IMG/VR virus record: IMGVR_UViG_3300025133_000103 | Coordinates: 1 to 62,033 of that record | Reading direction: 5' to 3' (one strand) | Source: a virus | Taxonomy: Duplodnaviria; Caudoviricetes | Length of the DNA stretch: 62,033 nucleotides | Shown: piece after piece, positions 58,656-62,033 of the stretch | How the letters are laid out: each line of letters begins with the position of its first letter | Numbering within the stretch: the first letter of the stretch is position 1 | Position numbers and translations under genes: made by a program | Notes under the pieces: generated by a model | Databases searched by the model: none | What the model was told of the DNA's origin: nothing | What the model saw: the letters and a program-made list of their open reading frames with translations, nothing else

Positions 58656-58690
58656 GAGAGAGAGATTTTGAGTTGGCAACATTGCCGATA

Positions 58691-58722
58691 CAAAGATAAG
58701 GCATAGTTTTCCTATTTCCAAA
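58691..58722 (-). promoter_or_regulatory. Bacteroidota sigma-A promoter TTTG-N20-TATCTTTG
   Basis: Near-identical to 56318-56349. Confidence 0.8.
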
Positions 58723-58730
58723 TTTATTTT

Positions 58731-58988
58731 CTAAGCTGCTGATTCTGAAGGGATTACCACTCCATCCACTTGGTCTGAGTAGCACCAGTGTCCGTTGTCT
58801 AGTGTGAGTACGTAGTTGTCACCCATGCTCACCTCATCTACCTCCGCCCCGTACTTCTCGCGGTAGTGCTTCGTCTGCTCGATGGCAATTACGCCTGCTA
58901 CGCTCTGAGAGTCCCGACCGAAGCCTCCTCTGTGTAACACCTGCGATCCTACGCGGATTACTCGTGTGTTGGTGAATTTCGTTTTCAT
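58731..58988 (-). CDS. hypothetical early protein
   Basis: 85-aa ORF with LDNGHWCY..Q motif. Confidence 0.6.
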   Translation of the reverse strand: MKTKFTNTRVIRVGSQVLHRGGFGRDSQSVAGVIAIEQTKHYREKYGAEVDEVSMGDNYVLTLDNGHWCYSDQVDGVVIPSESAA

Positions 58989-58989
58989 T

Positions 58990-59184
58990 TTACTTATTTT
59001 GAATGTTTTCGACTAGTTTACGCGCCGTCATCTTAGCGTATGTCTCGCCTTGTGTCATCGTCCCTGCCCTCTGTGGAGCAGGTAGGTTTTCAATGGTTAG
59101 CCCATCGCGGGAGTACCTACTAGCACCCATCATGATGCTCCGTGTAACTCGCTTTATGTGGGCTTCTTTCTGTTCGTGTGTCAT
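58990..59184 (-). CDS. hypothetical early protein
   Basis: 64-aa ORF in tandem array. Confidence 0.55.
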   Translation of the reverse strand: MTHEQKEAHIKRVTRSIMMGASRYSRDGLTIENLPAPQRAGTMTQGETYAKMTARKLVENIQNK

Positions 59185-59331
59185 TTAGCTTAGGGCTTGG
59201 GGGTTTAAGATTGTGCATGCAGCAAAGGCAGTACCAACTAGTTGGCATCCTTTGTAGTCGCGGATGTCATGGAAGTACTCATAGGCATCTATGATTTCTT
59301 CTATTGTGCAGTCGAGAAAAGGGTTTAACAT
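59185..59331 (-). CDS. small 48-aa early protein, missing from the ORF track
   Basis: MLNPFLDCTIEEIIDAYEYFHDIRDYKGCQLVGTAFAACTILNPQALS*, with the CAAAATCTC box upstream. Confidence 0.55.
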   Translation of the reverse strand: MLNPFLDCTIEEIIDAYEYFHDIRDYKGCQLVGTAFAACTILNPQALS

Positions 59332-59353
59332 CGTTTTGAGATTTTGAAAATTA

Positions 59354-59444
59354 GAGCCATAGACAGGATTCGAACCTGCTCCTCCATCGTAGATGTGTAC
59401 TACATCCTTAACGCGGGTGTGCTATCCAGTTACACTATACGGCT
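59354..59444 (-). ncRNA. tRNA-like RNA 2 (canonical D- and T-arms, aberrant extended anticodon arm)
   Basis: AGCCGTA-TA-GTGT-AACTGGATA-GCAC ... GCAGG-TTCGAAT-CCTGT-C-TATGGCT. Confidence 0.7.
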
Positions 59445-59499
59445 TGCGGGCTATGCCCCTCATGAGTAGCTTGCTCACGACACATCGTTTTTGATATTA

Positions 59500-59552
59500 G
59501 AGCGGTTCAGGGAGTCGAACCCTGCTATGGTAGCCCCCATCAGGCAACCGCT
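59500..59552 (-). ncRNA. tRNA-like RNA 3 (minimal acceptor + T-arm minihelix)
   Basis: AGCGGTT-GCCTG-ATGG-GGGCTA-CCAT-AG-CAGGG-TTCGACT-CCCTG-AACCGCT. Confidence 0.7.
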
Positions 59553-59631
59553 TGTAAAGGACACCTTGGGGCGGTCTTTTCTAAAGCCCCATTAAGCAGG
59601 GTGTTCCTGCATAGGTGTCACAGTCACACTC

Positions 59632-59790
59632 TTACAGAGTGTTCACTAGGTCTTCGAGCGTCATCTGCTCGTCGTTGGTGAGTGTGTCCCATTCGTGGGT
59701 GGCACGGACAGCATCGAAACCTATGGTTTGAATGTCGAGTTGTACGTCGTAGTACAGGCTATTTACAGCCGCTTGCTTGCATGATTGCAT
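59632..59790 (-). CDS. small 52-aa early protein, missing from the ORF track
   Basis: MQSCKQAAVNSLYYDVQLDIQTIGFDAVRATHEWDTLTNDEQMTLEDLVNTL*, with the CTAAATCTC box upstream. Confidence 0.55.
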   Translation of the reverse strand: MQSCKQAAVNSLYYDVQLDIQTIGFDAVRATHEWDTLTNDEQMTLEDLVNTL

Positions 59791-59835
59791 GACAGAGAGA
59801 TTTAGAATGCGATAGCTGAATTGCCATCGGCTTGG

Positions 59836-59867
59836 TAAAGGTACGGCATTGGTTCCGAAAAACCAAA
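59836..59867 (-). promoter_or_regulatory. promoter TTTG-N20-TACCTTTA
   Basis: Same 20-nt spacing as the two other early promoters. Confidence 0.7.
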
Positions 59868-59895
59868 TCTGATTTGTAACCCCTAAAGGGGTTGT

Positions 59896-60384
59896 TTAGA
59901 ATACTTCAGGGGCTCCGCTCATCAGCGCCTCCGCTTCAAGTGCGCACCGCTCCTGCTCAGCGAGTATACGCTGGCGGCGGATAGCTTCCTGAGGGGTTTC
60001 ACCGTCGAGAAGTGTAAACACTTCCTTCACAGCCGCTCGCTTGGCAGGTGAGGGAGTGACGACGACAGCCTTACGCGGCTCGAACGGTTGAGCATCACCT
60101 TCGGTGATGGCGTGAACAACTTTCGTCTTCGCAGGGGTGCCGATGCCTACACCGCCCCGTGCTTGTGCCTGCTCCAAGCCTGCATTCGAGCCCCGCTTGG
60201 GCTTCCGAATGGTCTTGGCTTTAAGCTTCGCTTTCGAAGCCTTCGGCTTACGCTTGGGCTTAGAAGCCTTCGGCTTCGCGGCCTGCTCTGCTGCATACTT
60301 CGCCTTGTTGGCGATTCGGCGCTCTGCCTTCGTGTACTTGCGGCCCGTCTCTGGGCAGTGTGTGGGAGTGTATGTGCTCATCAC
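59896..60384 (-). CDS. Lys/Arg-rich basic protein, first gene of the early block
   Basis: CPETGRKYTKAERRIANKAKY followed by KPKASK repeats, with its own promoter and leader at 60386-60430. Confidence 0.7.
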   Translation of the reverse strand: MMSTYTPTHCPETGRKYTKAERRIANKAKYAAEQAAKPKASKPKRKPKASKAKLKAKTIRKPKRGSNAGLEQAQARGGVGIGTPAKTKVVHAITEGDAQPFEPRKAVVVTPSPAKRAAVKEVFTLLDGETPQEAIRRQRILAEQERCALEAEALMSGAPEVF

Positions 60385-60538
60385 TAGAGATTTAGATAGT
60401 CAGCTGCGTTGCCAACTTTGGTAAAGGTACAAAAAACTTCTCCATATTTCGACAACAAAATTGAATCCCATTTGTAACTGGCTAACAACCAACGAGATAC
60501 AACCCTTGTTTATATTCATTCTAAATAAGGAAAGTCTT

Positions 60539-60736
60539 TACGCATGTGCGTGTATGTGTGTACATGTGCGCGTGTACGTGATCGCATGCCAGCACAGGCG
60601 CGGGTACATGTGCGGGTGTGTGCGTATGCCCGCCCAGATGCGTGTGTGCACAAGCGAGCGAGCGCGAGCATGTGTGCGTATGTGCGGGGATGCACGAGTA
60701 TGTGTGCGCTAGGTGTATGCGTACCCGTACGTGAGG
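60539..60736. repeat. alternating purine-pyrimidine low-complexity tract
   Basis: 60539-60580 is a perfect 42-nt YR alternation, and further imperfect runs follow. Confidence 0.85.
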
Positions 60737-61376
60737 TGTGGGCTTGACGTAGTAGGAGAGCCAAGGGACTGTCCTTACCTCAGTCTCAGCTAGTTACCTC
60801 TCAGCGTTTACACTGTCGATAGAATCAACGGTGGCTAAATCACTAATACTCAAAGGGTTAAGGCGGATTGAATAAAGCTGAAATCTATGCGCGAATCGTG
60901 CGCGTATTGCACCCACGGGGGTTCACGGATGCGTTTCGGTTGCGTGCGTGAGGCGTGTATACATCTATATTATCCCCGATCTCTGTATTGCTGACGTTTT
61001 TTTAAGGTTTCTAGCGGGCTTGATTTTTCAAAAACCAGCAAAACATCGTTTAGAAGGCTGTCTATTAAGTCTTTGCGGGTTACAATTTTTTTTCCACAGC
61101 CACTTGACTTTGTAGATTTTCTGTTGTACCTTGCCCAAGCAAATCGGGAGCGCAACTAAAGAACACAAAAGCACATAAGCATTTTTCTTACGTAAACGTA
61201 GAGAACAAAAAAGCTTATTGGTTGTGAGGGGCCGAGGACTACACTTATAGGAAGTAGCATAGTAAGCAGGGCGAGAGAGAACAGCATATCGAGTATATAG
61301 AGGCCCTGCGTGTTACTTCTTTGCATCCAGTCGGCTAAGATCTGTTTTATTACCTTTGTAATTAAGTACAGCCTAT

Positions 61377-61952
61377 ATGCTTAGAGCAAAGAAGAAAGCA
61401 CGAGTTAACGCACCCGCACATCCTCTCTATGGGATGGGGGGTTCGTTCAGGGCTATAAAGAAGTTTGCTGCTGGGGGTGTAGTAGGGGATCTTCCTCCAA
61501 CGGACCCTAAGAAGCTAAAGAAGGGTCTAGGGTACGTAGAGAGCAGAGATAACTATGAAGCTGTAAACCCCACCAGCTCAGCCACAGGCAGGTACCAGAT
61601 GCTATACAACCTGATTAAAGACCAAGAAGAGATGCAGGGGGTATCTAGGGATAGCTTATTGAGGAACCCTGATCTGCAAGAGCTACTTATGGACAGGAGG
61701 ATTAACGAGGGGATAGGCGGTCCTGGGTTAGATAGGACGGCCACAGACTTAGAAGAAGAATATAAAGGACAGCTAGGAGATAAGTGGGACTTCCGTCCAG
61801 ACGAGATAGCTGCGCTAGCACACTTTTTAGGTCGCCAAGGTACCAGGAAGTATCTAGCTTCTTTAAGAGATGGGACAAGCTTCCAGCCCCCAGGAATAAA
61901 CAAAACACCAGAAGACTATTTGCGTCTTTACAATGAAGGAGTAAACCGATGA
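61377..61952 (+). CDS. lysozyme-like / lytic transglycosylase domain protein
   Basis: VES.DNY.AVNP.SSATGRYQ...Q....AHFLG..G, a lysozyme-like catalytic Glu motif. Confidence 0.75.
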   Translation: MLRAKKKARVNAPAHPLYGMGGSFRAIKKFAAGGVVGDLPPTDPKKLKKGLGYVESRDNYEAVNPTSSATGRYQMLYNLIKDQEEMQGVSRDSLLRNPDLQELLMDRRINEGIGGPGLDRTATDLEEEYKGQLGDKWDFRPDEIAALAHFLGRQGTRKYLASLRDGTSFQPPGINKTPEDYLRLYNEGVNR

Positions 61953-62033
61953 GAGCCAAGAAGAAAAAAGTAACAAAAGGGGGGTTCGATATTGAGATCG
62001 ACGGGGTGACGTATACCGTAGAAGGTAAGGAGG
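61949..62033 (+). CDS. 5' end of hypothetical protein, partial
   Basis: ATGA overlap; MRAKKKKVTKGGFDIEIDG... runs off the window. Confidence 0.55.
   Translation, partial: MRAKKKKVTKGGFDIEIDGVTYTVEGKE

Noticed and set aside
59354-59444. Functional tRNA-Tyr (GTA in the central loop)
   Set aside because: The loop is 5 nt without U33 and sits on an over-long bulged arm, so it is kept only as a tRNA-like RNA.
60461-60764. Three overlapping ORFs rich in C/V/R/A/H/T
   Set aside because: By-products of the alternating purine-pyrimidine tract, with no plausible protein composition.
1-62033. Stop-codon reassignment as in some crAss-like phages
   Set aside because: Long genes are intact in the standard code, TAA, TAG and TGA all serve as stops, and no suppressor tRNA was seen.

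Overview
The window looks like most of a lytic tailed-phage genome (Caudoviricetes, podovirus-like) with a crAss-related structural module. The host is probably a Bacteroidota/Flavobacteriales bacterium, inferred from TAnnTTTG promoters, Q-rule signal peptides and a T9SS cargo gene. The + strand block (about 533-45032) carries a GroES-like chaperone, HNH, tRNA-Arg, terminase, portal, tail fibre/RCC1 proteins, an envelope operon, paralog arrays, scaffold, major capsid, ring and stabilization proteins, putative ejected proteins, a 3.1-kaa polyvalent protein and a holin. The - strand block (about 45064-60430) carries class II RNR, endonuclease I, primase-helicase, SSB, RecE-like nuclease, Sak/Rad52-like recombinase, small early genes and several structured RNAs. 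The most interesting signals are: (1) a phage operon encoding a Cys-rich T9SS cargo, an outer-membrane beta-barrel, a membrane coiled-coil and a Cys-less thioredoxin fold; (2) a family of tRNA-like RNAs in the early region that keep the acceptor stem and T-arm but vary the middle, plus a non-canonical tRNA-Asp; (3) a repeated promoter-hairpin-box leader next to an Arg/Lys-rich first gene; and (4) start codons placed exactly at predicted transcription starts. Two frameshifting tandem duplications (RNR and the giant-gene start) are probably assembly artefacts. All product calls come from motif recognition by eye, with no database searches.
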